Source: an uncultured Anaerolineales bacterium (GTDB lineage: Bacteria; Chloroflexota; Anaerolineae; Anaerolineales; VGOW01). From it: a DNA stretch of 38,583 bases. The position numbers and the translations under genes were made by a program. Below are positions 7,672 through 16,477 of the stretch, one piece after another; position 1 is the first letter of the stretch; each line of letters begins with the position of its first letter. The stretch lies in assembly GCA_964431175.1 (NCBI GenBank), contig CAYSIV010000011.1, forward strand, positions 1 to 38,583. The letters run 5' to 3'. Under the pieces are notes generated by a model, which saw only the letters and a program-made list of their open reading frames with translations, ran no database searches and was not told the origin of the DNA.

Positions 7672-8805
7672 ATGTCATTTGCAAGCATCTGCTCAACTGC
7701 CAAGTCGTCACTAACGAAGCTCCCCAGAGGGCCGATGGTTTACTGCGGGTTGGCGATTGCCTGGTTGGGCACCACCGCCATGCATATTCCGGACGGCTAC
7801 CTCAGCCCGCTAACGTCGTTGCTCATGTTGGTTCTCGTCCTGCCGTTCTGGTATCGCGGTATTCAGAAGTTGCGGCAGACGATGAACTCGCGTAGCGTGC
7901 CATTGATTGCGTTGCTGGCCGCGTTCTCGTTCATCATCATGATGTTCAACGTGCCGTTGCCCGGCGGAACCACCGGCCATGCCGTTGGCGGCGCGCTGGC
8001 CGCCATCATTCTGGGGCCAGAGATTGCCACAATCGTTGTTTCGGTGGCTTTGATTATCCAGGCTGTTTTTTTTGGCGACGGCGGGATTCTGGCAATTGGG
8101 GCTAACTGTTTCAACATGGCCGTAGTGCTCCCCTATATCAGTTATGCCATCTACCGTTATATAGCCAAGGACAAGCCGGTTGAGTCGACGCGACGGTTGC
8201 TCGGGGCGGCGCTGGGTGGCTGGATTGGGTTGACGGTTGGCGCATTCGTCACCGCAGTTGAGTTTGGCATCCAGCCGATCTTTTTCACCGCCTCCGACGG
8301 CACGCCGCTTTATGCGCCCTATCCATTGAGCATTGCGATTCCGGCGATGGTTATCCCACATTTGTTAGTGGCGTCTGTCATCGAAGGCGCAGTGACGGCG
8401 CTGGTGGTGTTATATTTGCAACGGGCGAATCAACCGGCGTTGCAGATTGCCGAGAAGCCGGCCCTGGCCTCCCAGGCAACCGGCCTTGGCCGATTGCGTT
8501 GGCTGTGGGTCAGCCTGGCGATGTTGATCATTGCTACGCCATTGGGCCTCCTGGCCCCCGGAACGGCTTGGGGAGAGTGGGGGTCAAATCAATTGGCTGG
8601 ATTGGGGTTGGCGTTTGTGCCAAAGGGGCTGGCTCAACTGGAAAGCCTCTGGGGTGCGCCGCTGGCCGGGTATGATCTACCTGTGTTGGGCAACACCAAT
8701 TTAGGATACGTCCTGTCGGCAGGGGTGGGTGTCTTGCTCACAGTCATTGTCGTGTGGCTGTTCACCGCTCTGGCCACAACACGCTCGACTTCCGCCAAGA
8801 GCTAG
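7672..8805 (+). CDS. cbiM: ECF-type Ni/Co transporter substrate-capture component, CbiM/NikM fused to a PDGLE-type (CbiN/NikL-like) domain
   Basis: MHIPDGYLSP signature at codons starting 7780. C-terminal WGEWG...PKGLAQLE...two-TM segment. ATG at 7672 follows AAGGAG (7657-7662). Other in-frame candidate starts: 7600 (ATG, the ORF-track start), 7735 and 7780. Confidence 0.85.
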   Translation: MSFASICSTAKSSLTKLPRGPMVYCGLAIAWLGTTAMHIPDGYLSPLTSLLMLVLVLPFWYRGIQKLRQTMNSRSVPLIALLAAFSFIIMMFNVPLPGGTTGHAVGGALAAIILGPEIATIVVSVALIIQAVFFGDGGILAIGANCFNMAVVLPYISYAIYRYIAKDKPVESTRRLLGAALGGWIGLTVGAFVTAVEFGIQPIFFTASDGTPLYAPYPLSIAIPAMVIPHLLVASVIEGAVTALVVLYLQRANQPALQIAEKPALASQATGLGRLRWLWVSLAMLIIATPLGLLAPGTAWGEWGSNQLAGLGLAFVPKGLAQLESLWGAPLAGYDLPVLGNTNLGYVLSAGVGVLLTVIVVWLFTALATTRSTSAKS

Positions 8806-8813
8806 CGAATAGA

Positions 8814-9659
8814 GTGGACGGCGCCCCTCGGCCAACCTCAGCTCGCAGACGGCCCAACGTCATCGAAAAAACGCTGGCGGACATTAGCCATACCCTGGAG
8901 CAATCCTTCTTCGCCGAGGAAATCTTCCGGCGAGGAGGATGGCTCCAATCCATTGATCCGCGGGTGAAGGTTATCTCCACCCTGGCCTTGTTGATCGCCG
9001 TCAGCCTCGCGCGCAACCTGCCGGTGATTATGGCGATGTATATTTTGGCGTTGCTCCTGGCCTGGGGTTCGTCAGTGCCGATGGGATTCTTTATCAAGCG
9101 GGTGTGGCTCTTGCTCCCATTTTTCACGGGCATGATTGCCCTCCCGGCTTTCTTCGTGACCCCGGGCCCGCCGCTGGTGCAATTGCCTTTGGGCCTGACC
9201 ATCACCCGCACCGGCGCACTCACGGCGCTGTTCCTCTTGTTGCGAGTCAGCACGTCCGTCTCCCTGACAGTCTTGTTGGTGCTGACCACGCCGTGGAACA
9301 CATTGCTCAAAGCATTAAGTGTATTGCGGGTGTCGGATGTGTTTGTTCTGATTTTGGGGATGACGTATCGGTATATTTACCTGTTGTTGCACGTCACCAA
9401 CGACATGTTCCTCTCACGCAAAAGCCGGGTCGTGGGCCGGATGAACACTGCCGACGAACGGCGCATCATTGCCGCCAGCGCCGGAACCCTGCTGGGAAAG
9501 TCGCTGGATTTGAGCAGTGAAGTCTATCTGGCGATGCAGTCGCGCGGCTTTCGCGACCAGCCCCGGACGATGGATACGTTTGCAATGCGTCCGCGCGACT
9601 GGGCGTGGGGCGCGGCGTTGATGGCGGTGGCGGCATTGGCCATATGGCTGGGACGCTAA
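8814..9659 (+). CDS. cbiQ: ECF transporter transmembrane (T) component
   Basis: Multi-TM protein with a LQSIDPRVK N-region and an AMQSRGF motif. GTG at 8814 lies just after the cbiM stop. The ORF-track start at 8754 would overlap cbiM by 52 nt. Confidence 0.8.
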   Translation: MDGAPRPTSARRRPNVIEKTLADISHTLEQSFFAEEIFRRGGWLQSIDPRVKVISTLALLIAVSLARNLPVIMAMYILALLLAWGSSVPMGFFIKRVWLLLPFFTGMIALPAFFVTPGPPLVQLPLGLTITRTGALTALFLLLRVSTSVSLTVLLVLTTPWNTLLKALSVLRVSDVFVLILGMTYRYIYLLLHVTNDMFLSRKSRVVGRMNTADERRIIAASAGTLLGKSLDLSSEVYLAMQSRGFRDQPRTMDTFAMRPRDWAWGAALMAVAALAIWLGR

Positions 9660-9687
9660 CCGGACTTTCAGACTTGCAGAGGCAAAC

Positions 9688-10521
9688 TTGGATACAGCTA
9701 TTTTTGAGCTTGAAAACGTTTCATTTGCTTATGAGGGCAAACAAAAAGCACTGGAGGATGTCAGCCTGAGGATTCAGGCCGGGGAACGTATTGCTGTTTT
9801 GGGTTCGAACGGCTCCGGCAAAAGCACATTGCTCAAATTGCTGGATGGGCTGTACTTTGCGACCAGTGGAACTGCGCGCGCTTTCGGAACACCGCTGACC
9901 GAAGGGGCGTTTCAAAATGAGGCCTTTAATTTTTCATTCCGCCGCCGGGTGGGCCTGGTGTTTCAAGATACGGATGTGCAATTGTTTTCGCCGTCGGTGT
10001 GGGACGAGATCGCCTTTGCGCCGCTCCAGCTTGAGTTGGGCAGAGAGGATGTCGTCGCGCGGGTGGACCAGGCAATGAGCACTCTGCGGATCGAAAAACT
10101 GCGTGACCGCGCGCCGCACCGTCTCTCTGGCGGCGAAAAACGGCGGGTGGCTCTGGCTTCGATATTGAGCCTGAACCCTGACGTATGGCTGATGGATGAA
10201 CCGACCACCGGCCTCGACCCACGCAGTCAATCGTGGCTGGTTGATTTCATCATCGCGCAGGGCCGGGCAGGCAAGACGGTCGTCACCGCCACTCATGACT
10301 TGAATATTGTAGAGATTATTGCCGACCGAGTTTACGTTTTTAACGAAGATCACCGGCTGGTGGCGCAAGGCACACCCGGTGAAATTCTATCCAACTCCGA
10401 CCTGCTTCTGGCCTGTAATCTGATCCACGAGCATCGTCATCAACACCAGCGCGAGGCTGGAGAACATTCGCACCCCCACCTGCATTTCCCCGTGCACGAA
10501 CATGACCATTCACATGGTTAA
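9688..10521 (+). CDS. cbiO: ECF transporter ATPase with His-rich C-terminal tail
   Basis: Walker A GSNGSGKST, signature LSGGEKRRVALA, Walker B LMDEPTTGLD. TTG start. The last 31 aa contain 12 His. Confidence 0.85.
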   Translation: MDTAIFELENVSFAYEGKQKALEDVSLRIQAGERIAVLGSNGSGKSTLLKLLDGLYFATSGTARAFGTPLTEGAFQNEAFNFSFRRRVGLVFQDTDVQLFSPSVWDEIAFAPLQLELGREDVVARVDQAMSTLRIEKLRDRAPHRLSGGEKRRVALASILSLNPDVWLMDEPTTGLDPRSQSWLVDFIIAQGRAGKTVVTATHDLNIVEIIADRVYVFNEDHRLVAQGTPGEILSNSDLLLACNLIHEHRHQHQREAGEHSHPHLHFPVHEHDHSHG

Positions 10522-10707
10522 GATGCGCTCAAGGTAAAACTGCCTGACGGTGTAATTCGTAGTTGATCCCGCCTTAGGTCTGGCGTAGAATCCGCCTCCC
10601 GACATGTGGCGGTTGCCCAGCGATCGGTTATGATAGGATGTGCCGGGCGAAAAATGAAACTTTGCCCATCGAAATCAATCTAATCATCTGAATTGCGCGG
10701 CGGGGAT

Positions 10708-10716
10708 TGATATAAT
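10708..10716 (+). promoter_or_regulatory. candidate extended -10 promoter for the ABC exporter operon
   Basis: TGATATAAT (TATAAT 10711-10716). No good -35. About 160 nt upstream of the ATG at 10879. Confidence 0.35.
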
Positions 10717-10878
10717 CCACGAACTGATTTTTGTCCCGGGTTTTGCAACAAGAACTCCCGTGACAGCGAAGTACAATTTGCCGTAAAGTGTAGCCGCCCA
10801 GGAAACCCGCTTTCCTTTGACGTTGACGGAAAACGGGTTTCTGTGCGAGTTCAACGCAATTCTAGGGAATCCGTCGTT

Positions 10879-11577
10879 ATGTCTGAAAATCAAACCTTGG
10901 TGAATGTCGAGGATGTTATCAAAGACTTTCAAGGGCCGGCCGGCATCATTCATGTGCTCAAGAGCGTTAACCTGATGGTAAACCCGGGCGAGTTTGTGGG
11001 GGTGCGCGGGCCAAGCGGCTCTGGCAAGTCCACGCTGATCAACATGATCACCGGTATTGATCGGCCCACGAAGGGGAGCGTGCATGTGGCCGGGCAACCG
11101 ATTGAGAAGATGAGCGAGAACCAACTGGCCCGCTTCCGTGGCAAGAATATCGGCGTCATCTTTCAGTTCTTTCAGTTACTGCCGACTCTGACGGTGGTCG
11201 AGAACGTGATGTTGCCGATGGATTTTTGCCGGGTGTGGAAGCCAAGGGAACGCCCCGAACGGGCAATGATGTTGTTGGAGCAGGTAGGGCTGGCCGACCA
11301 GGCGCACAAACTACCGAACACCCTCTCCGGCGGCCAACAGCAACGGGCGGCCATTGCCCGCGCTCTCGCCAACGACCCGCCGCTGTTGATGGCTGACGAG
11401 CCGACTGGCAACCTGGACAGCAAGACGGCCGACATGATCTTTGCGTTGTTTGACGACTTGGTGAAGCAGGGTAAGACCTTCATCATGGTCACCCACGATG
11501 TTGAACTGGCGAAGCGCATGCCGCGCCTGGTGGAAGTGCTCGACGGCGTATTGTACGAGAACGGGAACCAGATTTAA
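10879..11577 (+). CDS. ABC transporter ATP-binding protein (LolD/MacB-ATPase-like)
   Basis: Walker A GPSGSGKST, LSGGQQQRAAIARAL, LMADEPTGNLD. ATG at 10879 (MSENQTL...) gives the usual N-terminal length. Confidence 0.85.
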   Translation: MSENQTLVNVEDVIKDFQGPAGIIHVLKSVNLMVNPGEFVGVRGPSGSGKSTLINMITGIDRPTKGSVHVAGQPIEKMSENQLARFRGKNIGVIFQFFQLLPTLTVVENVMLPMDFCRVWKPRERPERAMMLLEQVGLADQAHKLPNTLSGGQQQRAAIARALANDPPLLMADEPTGNLDSKTADMIFALFDDLVKQGKTFIMVTHDVELAKRMPRLVEVLDGVLYENGNQI

Positions 11578-11579
11578 TC

Positions 11580-13970
11580 ATGAACACCGCTTTTCGCAAA
11601 ATTTGGCGCGACCTGTGGAGCAACAAGGGCCGCACCCTGCTGGTGGTGCTCAGTATCGGCGTGGGCGTGCTGGCCCTGGGCATGATCTTCGCCAGCAACA
11701 CCCTGCTCACCCGCCAGATGACGATCTCGCAAAAGGTCAGCCACCCGTCGAACGTCATCATGTTTTTGAACGGACTGGTGGACGACGAGACGGTGAAGAG
11801 CATTGCCCGCCTGCCTGAGGTTGTGGATGCTGAAGGTGTGGCCAGCATGAACATCCGTTGGAAGCCTGCGCTCGACGCTGAGTGGGAACAGGCCACGATT
11901 ATCGCCCTCGATGACTACCAGCGCCAGAAGTTCGATCTCGTCGAATTGCGCACCGGCGAGTGGCCATCGTCTGAGGTGGTAGCGGTTGAGTTTAACCACC
12001 TGGGGCCATATCACGTGCCGGATCCAGGCGGCACGATCTACTTTGAAGTCAACAACAAACCCAAAGCGGTATCAATCAGCGGCACAGTGCGTGACCCGCA
12101 ACAGTTCCCGCCACCCTTCACTCAGCAACCCACTTTTTATACCACGCGTGACACCCTGGTTTTGCTGGGTGGCTACCGCGAGCTTTCGCAGATTAAATTC
12201 ACCATCTCCGACTACAGCAAAGCCAAAGCCGACCGCGTCGCAGATACAGTAGAGACCCGGCTGAACAAGTTGGGCGTGTCGGTGGGCCTGGTGCAAACAC
12301 AAAACCCTGAGCGCCACGTTCTGCAGGACTTGATGGACGGCGTGGGTCTCATTCTGGCTGTCATGGCCCTCATGTCGCTCGGCCTAAGCACCATTCTGGT
12401 GATCAACACTATCAATGCTCTCATCGCCCAGCAGATTCCACAGATCGGGATTATGAAGACAGTGGGCGGACTCTCGACTCAGATCGCGACCCTATACTTG
12501 GCCGGGGTAGCCGTCTACGGAGTGTTGAGCCTGGTGCTGGCCGTGCCCCTGGGGGCAATTGGCGCTGATGCCCTGGCGCGATGGATGCTGGCTCTGATTA
12601 ATGTTCCAGCGGCTCCGTTTGAAATTTTGCAACTCTCGCTGGTGGCGCAAATTGGCGCCGGCTTGGTGACGCCTTTGTTGGCCGGGCTATGGCCGGTTCT
12701 GCAAGGAGTGGCAATTTCGGTGCGCGAGGCCCTCAATGCTTATGGCCTGGGCACCGGACGTTACGGTGGCCGCTTCCTGGATCGAATTCTAGGCCAGGTC
12801 CAGGGTCTTCCCCGCATGGTGACATTGGCCTTGCGCAACACCTTCCGGCGAGCCGGGCGTGTGCTCCTCACCGAGATTACGTTGATTGCCGCTGGCACGA
12901 TCTTCATGATGGTGATTAGCACCCACTATTCGTTCAACGAGACCATCCTGCAAATCTTCAAGGGCTTTGGCTACGACCTCATCATCGGCTTCGATCAGCC
13001 CCAACGGATTGACGAAGTGGTGCCATTGATCGAGTCCCGGCCCAACGTGGATCGCGCCGAGATGTGGGTGTTCTACACGGCCAAGGCCCAGACCCCAGGC
13101 GTGAGCGGGCCGGGTAGTGAATACGAAATTTTTTTGCGCGGTATCCCGAAAGATACACAACTTTTCGAGCCGCAGTTGACGGCGGGCCGTTTGCTCGACC
13201 CGGCAGACGGGCGGGCCCTGCTATTGAACCAGAAGTTGGCTGGAAAGATGGGCCTCAAGGTGGGCGACCGGATTGAACTCCATTTGGGCGACAAGGGGAA
13301 ATCGACGTGGACGATTATTGGGCTGATTTTTGACCTGGCCGGGCGCGACCAGAACACAGCCTATTTATACCGTGACGCCATCAATGAAGAATTGGGATTG
13401 GTCGGCCGGGCCTCGGTGGCCGAGATTCGCGGCACGGTCAAAACATTGGAAGCGCAAATTGCCATGGAAAAAGACATGCGCGATTACTTCAAGTCGCTGG
13501 GCATCAGTCTGAGCTTCACCAGCCCCGCTCTCAAGGAGCAACAGCAGGCCAACGCCCAGTTCAGCATTCTGACGACCCTGTTGCTGATCATGACCTTCCT
13601 GATCGCGGTCGTGGGGAGCTTTGGCTTGTCGGGCACGCTGTCGATCAATGTGTTGGAACGCCGCCGCGAGATCGGCGTGATGCGAGCCGTCGGCGCGTCG
13701 TCGTTGGATGTCGGCTTCATCTTTATGGGCGAAGGGCTTTTGCTTGGCGCGCTGAGTTGGGCCCAAGCTGTGCCGCTCAGCCTCCTGGCCGGCAAATTCT
13801 TTGTGGAAGCGCTGGGGGAGGTCATTGATTTCCCAGCGGTCTATCACTACTCTTTCACCGGCGTGTGGCTCTGGCTGGGGGTCGTGGTGGCGCTGTCCCT
13901 GCTGGCCAGCGGCCTGCCTGCGCGCCGGGCCACCCAGATCAGTGTTCGCGAGAGCTTAGCCTACGAATAA
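11580..13970 (+). CDS. ABC transporter permease with two FtsX domains and two large extracytoplasmic domains (YbbP/MacB-like)
   Basis: 796 aa. The pattern TM, roughly 200-aa loop, three TMs occurs twice. FtsX-type MKTVGG and MRAVGAS motifs. ATG lies 2 nt after the ATPase stop. Confidence 0.85.
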   Translation: MNTAFRKIWRDLWSNKGRTLLVVLSIGVGVLALGMIFASNTLLTRQMTISQKVSHPSNVIMFLNGLVDDETVKSIARLPEVVDAEGVASMNIRWKPALDAEWEQATIIALDDYQRQKFDLVELRTGEWPSSEVVAVEFNHLGPYHVPDPGGTIYFEVNNKPKAVSISGTVRDPQQFPPPFTQQPTFYTTRDTLVLLGGYRELSQIKFTISDYSKAKADRVADTVETRLNKLGVSVGLVQTQNPERHVLQDLMDGVGLILAVMALMSLGLSTILVINTINALIAQQIPQIGIMKTVGGLSTQIATLYLAGVAVYGVLSLVLAVPLGAIGADALARWMLALINVPAAPFEILQLSLVAQIGAGLVTPLLAGLWPVLQGVAISVREALNAYGLGTGRYGGRFLDRILGQVQGLPRMVTLALRNTFRRAGRVLLTEITLIAAGTIFMMVISTHYSFNETILQIFKGFGYDLIIGFDQPQRIDEVVPLIESRPNVDRAEMWVFYTAKAQTPGVSGPGSEYEIFLRGIPKDTQLFEPQLTAGRLLDPADGRALLLNQKLAGKMGLKVGDRIELHLGDKGKSTWTIIGLIFDLAGRDQNTAYLYRDAINEELGLVGRASVAEIRGTVKTLEAQIAMEKDMRDYFKSLGISLSFTSPALKEQQQANAQFSILTTLLLIMTFLIAVVGSFGLSGTLSINVLERRREIGVMRAVGASSLDVGFIFMGEGLLLGALSWAQAVPLSLLAGKFFVEALGEVIDFPAVYHYSFTGVWLWLGVVVALSLLASGLPARRATQISVRESLAYE

Positions 13971-14000
13971 CGTGACGCGGCTTCCAGGCCCACCAAATTT

Positions 14001-14080
14001 TCACCGCACAGAACGCAGAATTTGCGGAGAAAATACCAAGAAAAACTCTGTGTTCTCCGCGCGCGAAGCGTCTGCGGTCC
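14001..14080. repeat. REP-like imperfect hairpin element (TTCACCGCA...CGCAnAG heptad family)
   Basis: TCACCGCACAGAACGCAGAATTTGCGGAGAA ... TTCTCCGCGCGCGAAGCGTCTGCGGT, with complementary ends. Lies between the permease and adaptor genes. Related copies at 20703-20773 and 29464-29519. Confidence 0.55.
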
Positions 14081-14140
14081 AATAATCTTCGCGGTCAGGA
14101 TAGTTTTTCAAAGGCAATACTAATACAACGGAGTAAAACG

Positions 14141-15493
14141 ATGATAAAAAAACTTATCCTTTTTCTTGTGATCAGTAGCACCGTGCTGGCCGCCTGCAGT
14201 AGCGCCACCCCGGCGCCCGACACGGCCAACGTGCCCATCGTCACCGACGACTTTGCGGTGAGCGCCGAGGGGCGGCTCGTGCCGGGCAACTTTGTTCAGC
14301 TGTCGTTCAGTGCCGGCGGTAAGGTGACTGAGGTGCTGGCCGCCGAAGGCGCAAGTGTGGCCGAGGGGGACGTGATCGCCCGATTGGAAAACAGCGAAGC
14401 CCTTCAAGCCGAAGTGGCCCGCGCCGAGCTTGAAGTTCTCAACGCGCAACAGGCGCTCGACGATTTGAAGCAGAACGCCGCGCTGGTTCAAGCTCAACTG
14501 GAAGACGAGGTGGCTCAAGCCAGGGAGGCGTTGGACAAAGCCCAACGCCGGTTGAAGAATCTCAACAACCCGGATGTCAAGTTTTATCAGGATAGAGTGA
14601 AGGATGCCCAAAACGCTCTGCTCACCGCGCAAGAGAATATTCAAATTACCGATATTGGCTCGCTCAAAGCGGCCCTTCAGGGCGCCCGCGACGGCCTAAA
14701 GCTCGCTGGCGACCGGCTGGGGGCGATTAAGACAGCGGTCGAGTCGTGTTCGGAGTGCGATCCCAAACGATCGGTCACAGTGGACGGCTTCCCCCAGACT
14801 CTGGATGATGCCCAGGATTCTTACAATGATGTTGCCAATCGCGTCAAAGAATTGGAGATACAGCTTCAGCAGGCGGAACGCGGCAACACCACCAACTTGG
14901 ATGACACCCAGAAGGCGCTGGATGATGCGAAACGCGATCTGGAATGGGCCTTGAACGGGCCGGACGCTATTAAACTGGCGGTGGCCCAGGCCGACGTGAC
15001 CCTGGCTGAGGCGCATTTGACCAATGCTCAGGATCGCCTGGCCAAAGTGCAATCCGGGCCAGACCCGGAGCAGTTGGCGCTGGCCGAGGCCCGGCTGGGG
15101 ACGGCTCAGGCGGGGTTGGCGGCGGCCCAGGTGGCACAGGCGAACATTGAACTGCGCGCGCCATTTGCTGGCACGATGGCCAAGCTCAATCTGAAAGCTG
15201 GCGAACAGATTGCGCCCGGCCAAGCGGTAGCCACGCTGGCCGACTTCTCCAATTGGATGATTGAGACCGACAACTTGACCGAGATTGAGGTGGTGAAGAT
15301 CACCGAAGGGCAGGGGGCCGACATTGTACTGGATGCCTTGCCGGATGTGAAACTGAGAGGCAAAGTTGAAGCGATCAGCAGTGTGTTTGAGGAGAAGCGC
15401 GGCGACATTACCTACACCGTCAAAGTGATTCTCACCGAGGGCAACCCGCTGGCCCGCTGGGGCATGACGGCGGCAGTGACGTTTGACAAGTAG
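14141..15493 (+). CDS. HlyD-family periplasmic adaptor lipoprotein
   Basis: Signal peptide plus lipobox (VLAAC). Long coiled-coil middle. C-terminal beta-barrel region IELRAPFAGTM...GQAVATL typical of membrane-fusion proteins. Confidence 0.8.
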   Translation: MIKKLILFLVISSTVLAACSSATPAPDTANVPIVTDDFAVSAEGRLVPGNFVQLSFSAGGKVTEVLAAEGASVAEGDVIARLENSEALQAEVARAELEVLNAQQALDDLKQNAALVQAQLEDEVAQAREALDKAQRRLKNLNNPDVKFYQDRVKDAQNALLTAQENIQITDIGSLKAALQGARDGLKLAGDRLGAIKTAVESCSECDPKRSVTVDGFPQTLDDAQDSYNDVANRVKELEIQLQQAERGNTTNLDDTQKALDDAKRDLEWALNGPDAIKLAVAQADVTLAEAHLTNAQDRLAKVQSGPDPEQLALAEARLGTAQAGLAAAQVAQANIELRAPFAGTMAKLNLKAGEQIAPGQAVATLADFSNWMIETDNLTEIEVVKITEGQGADIVLDALPDVKLRGKVEAISSVFEEKRGDITYTVKVILTEGNPLARWGMTAAVTFDK

Positions 15494-15499
15494 AGGTAT

Positions 15500-16477
15500 T
15501 CATAGAGGCGCGCAAATCAATCCTTTGCCCAGCGCTCGCTGAAATGCATCCACCACATGCGGGTCGAACTGTCGCCCGGATTCGTTGGCTATTTCTGTGG
15601 TGGCCTCGGCCTGTGAGCGCGCGTGGCGATAAGGCCGATCGGAGGTGATGGCGTCGAAGGTGTCGGCCACGGCCAGAATTCGGGCGATGACGGGAATCGT
15701 AGCCCCGGCAAGCCCATTGGGATAACCGTGGCCGTCGAAACGTTCGTGGTGATATTGAATGCAGGGGATGGCCGAAGACAGGTAGGCAATGTCTCGCACC
15801 ATTGCCACACCGGTCTCAGGATGTTTGCATATTTCCTGCCGCTCTGCTTCGGTGAGCTTGCCAGGCTTGGCCAGGATCGACTCGGGGACGGCAATCTTGC
15901 CAATGTCGTGTAGGATCGCGCCAAAAGCAATATCGGAAAGATCCTGCGCGGTGCAACCAAGTTCGCGGGCAATCGCGACGGCATAAGTGCGCACCCGCTC
16001 CACATGGCCGCGCGTGTAGGTGTCGCGAGTTTCTATAGCGTTAGCCAGCACGGTCAGGCTGTCCTGGTAAACATTGTGCAATTGCGCCAGCGCCAGATCC
16101 TGGGCGCGTTTGATCTTGCTGCGGATGGCGATCAGCAGGTCGTCGAGTTCGTAGGGCTTAGTAATGTAATCGTCTGCGCCCAACCCCCGGCCCGCAACAG
16201 TATCCCGCCGTTGTGACCGGCCAGTGAGAAATATAAAAGGGATCATGGTAAGTTCCGGTTGGGAGCGAATAGCCTCCAGAAACTCATAGCCGTCCATTTC
16301 AGGCATGCTAATATCTGATAAGATAATGTCCGGGTGGGATTGTTCGAGCAATTGGAGAGCAGCGCGGCCATTGGAAGCCGCTTTCACTTGGTAGCCCACA
16401 ATCTCCAACCATTCTTGCAGACTTTGGGCAAGGGTCTCATCGTTATCGACGATCAAAATCAGCTCGCTACTTTGCAT
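15500..16477 (-). CDS. response regulator with HD-GYP domain (c-di-GMP phosphodiesterase type)
   Basis: REC domain (LIVDND..., LSDISMPEMDG, DYITKP) followed by HDIGK and HHERFDGHGYPNGL. Confidence 0.9.
   Translation of the reverse strand: MQSSELILIVDNDETLAQSLQEWLEIVGYQVKAASNGRAALQLLEQSHPDIILSDISMPEMDGYEFLEAIRSQPELTMIPFIFLTGRSQRRDTVAGRGLGADDYITKPYELDDLLIAIRSKIKRAQDLALAQLHNVYQDSLTVLANAIETRDTYTRGHVERVRTYAVAIARELGCTAQDLSDIAFGAILHDIGKIAVPESILAKPGKLTEAERQEICKHPETGVAMVRDIAYLSSAIPCIQYHHERFDGHGYPNGLAGATIPVIARILAVADTFDAITSDRPYRHARSQAEATTEIANESGRQFDPHVVDAFQRALGKGLICAPL

Noticed and set aside
10862-10873. CTAGGGAATCCG, resembling the CUAGGGUUCCG start of ykkC/guanidine-I riboswitches, upstream of an ABC transporter.
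   Set aside because: It lies only 6 nt before the start codon, leaving no room for an aptamer of about 100 nt downstream. The other conserved ykkC segments were not seen.
15494-15499. Only 6 bp separate the convergent stops of the HlyD adaptor gene and the HD-GYP regulator gene, leaving no room for terminators.
   Set aside because: Tight convergent ends are common in compact genomes. With no structure visible there is no testable feature beyond possible transcriptional interference.
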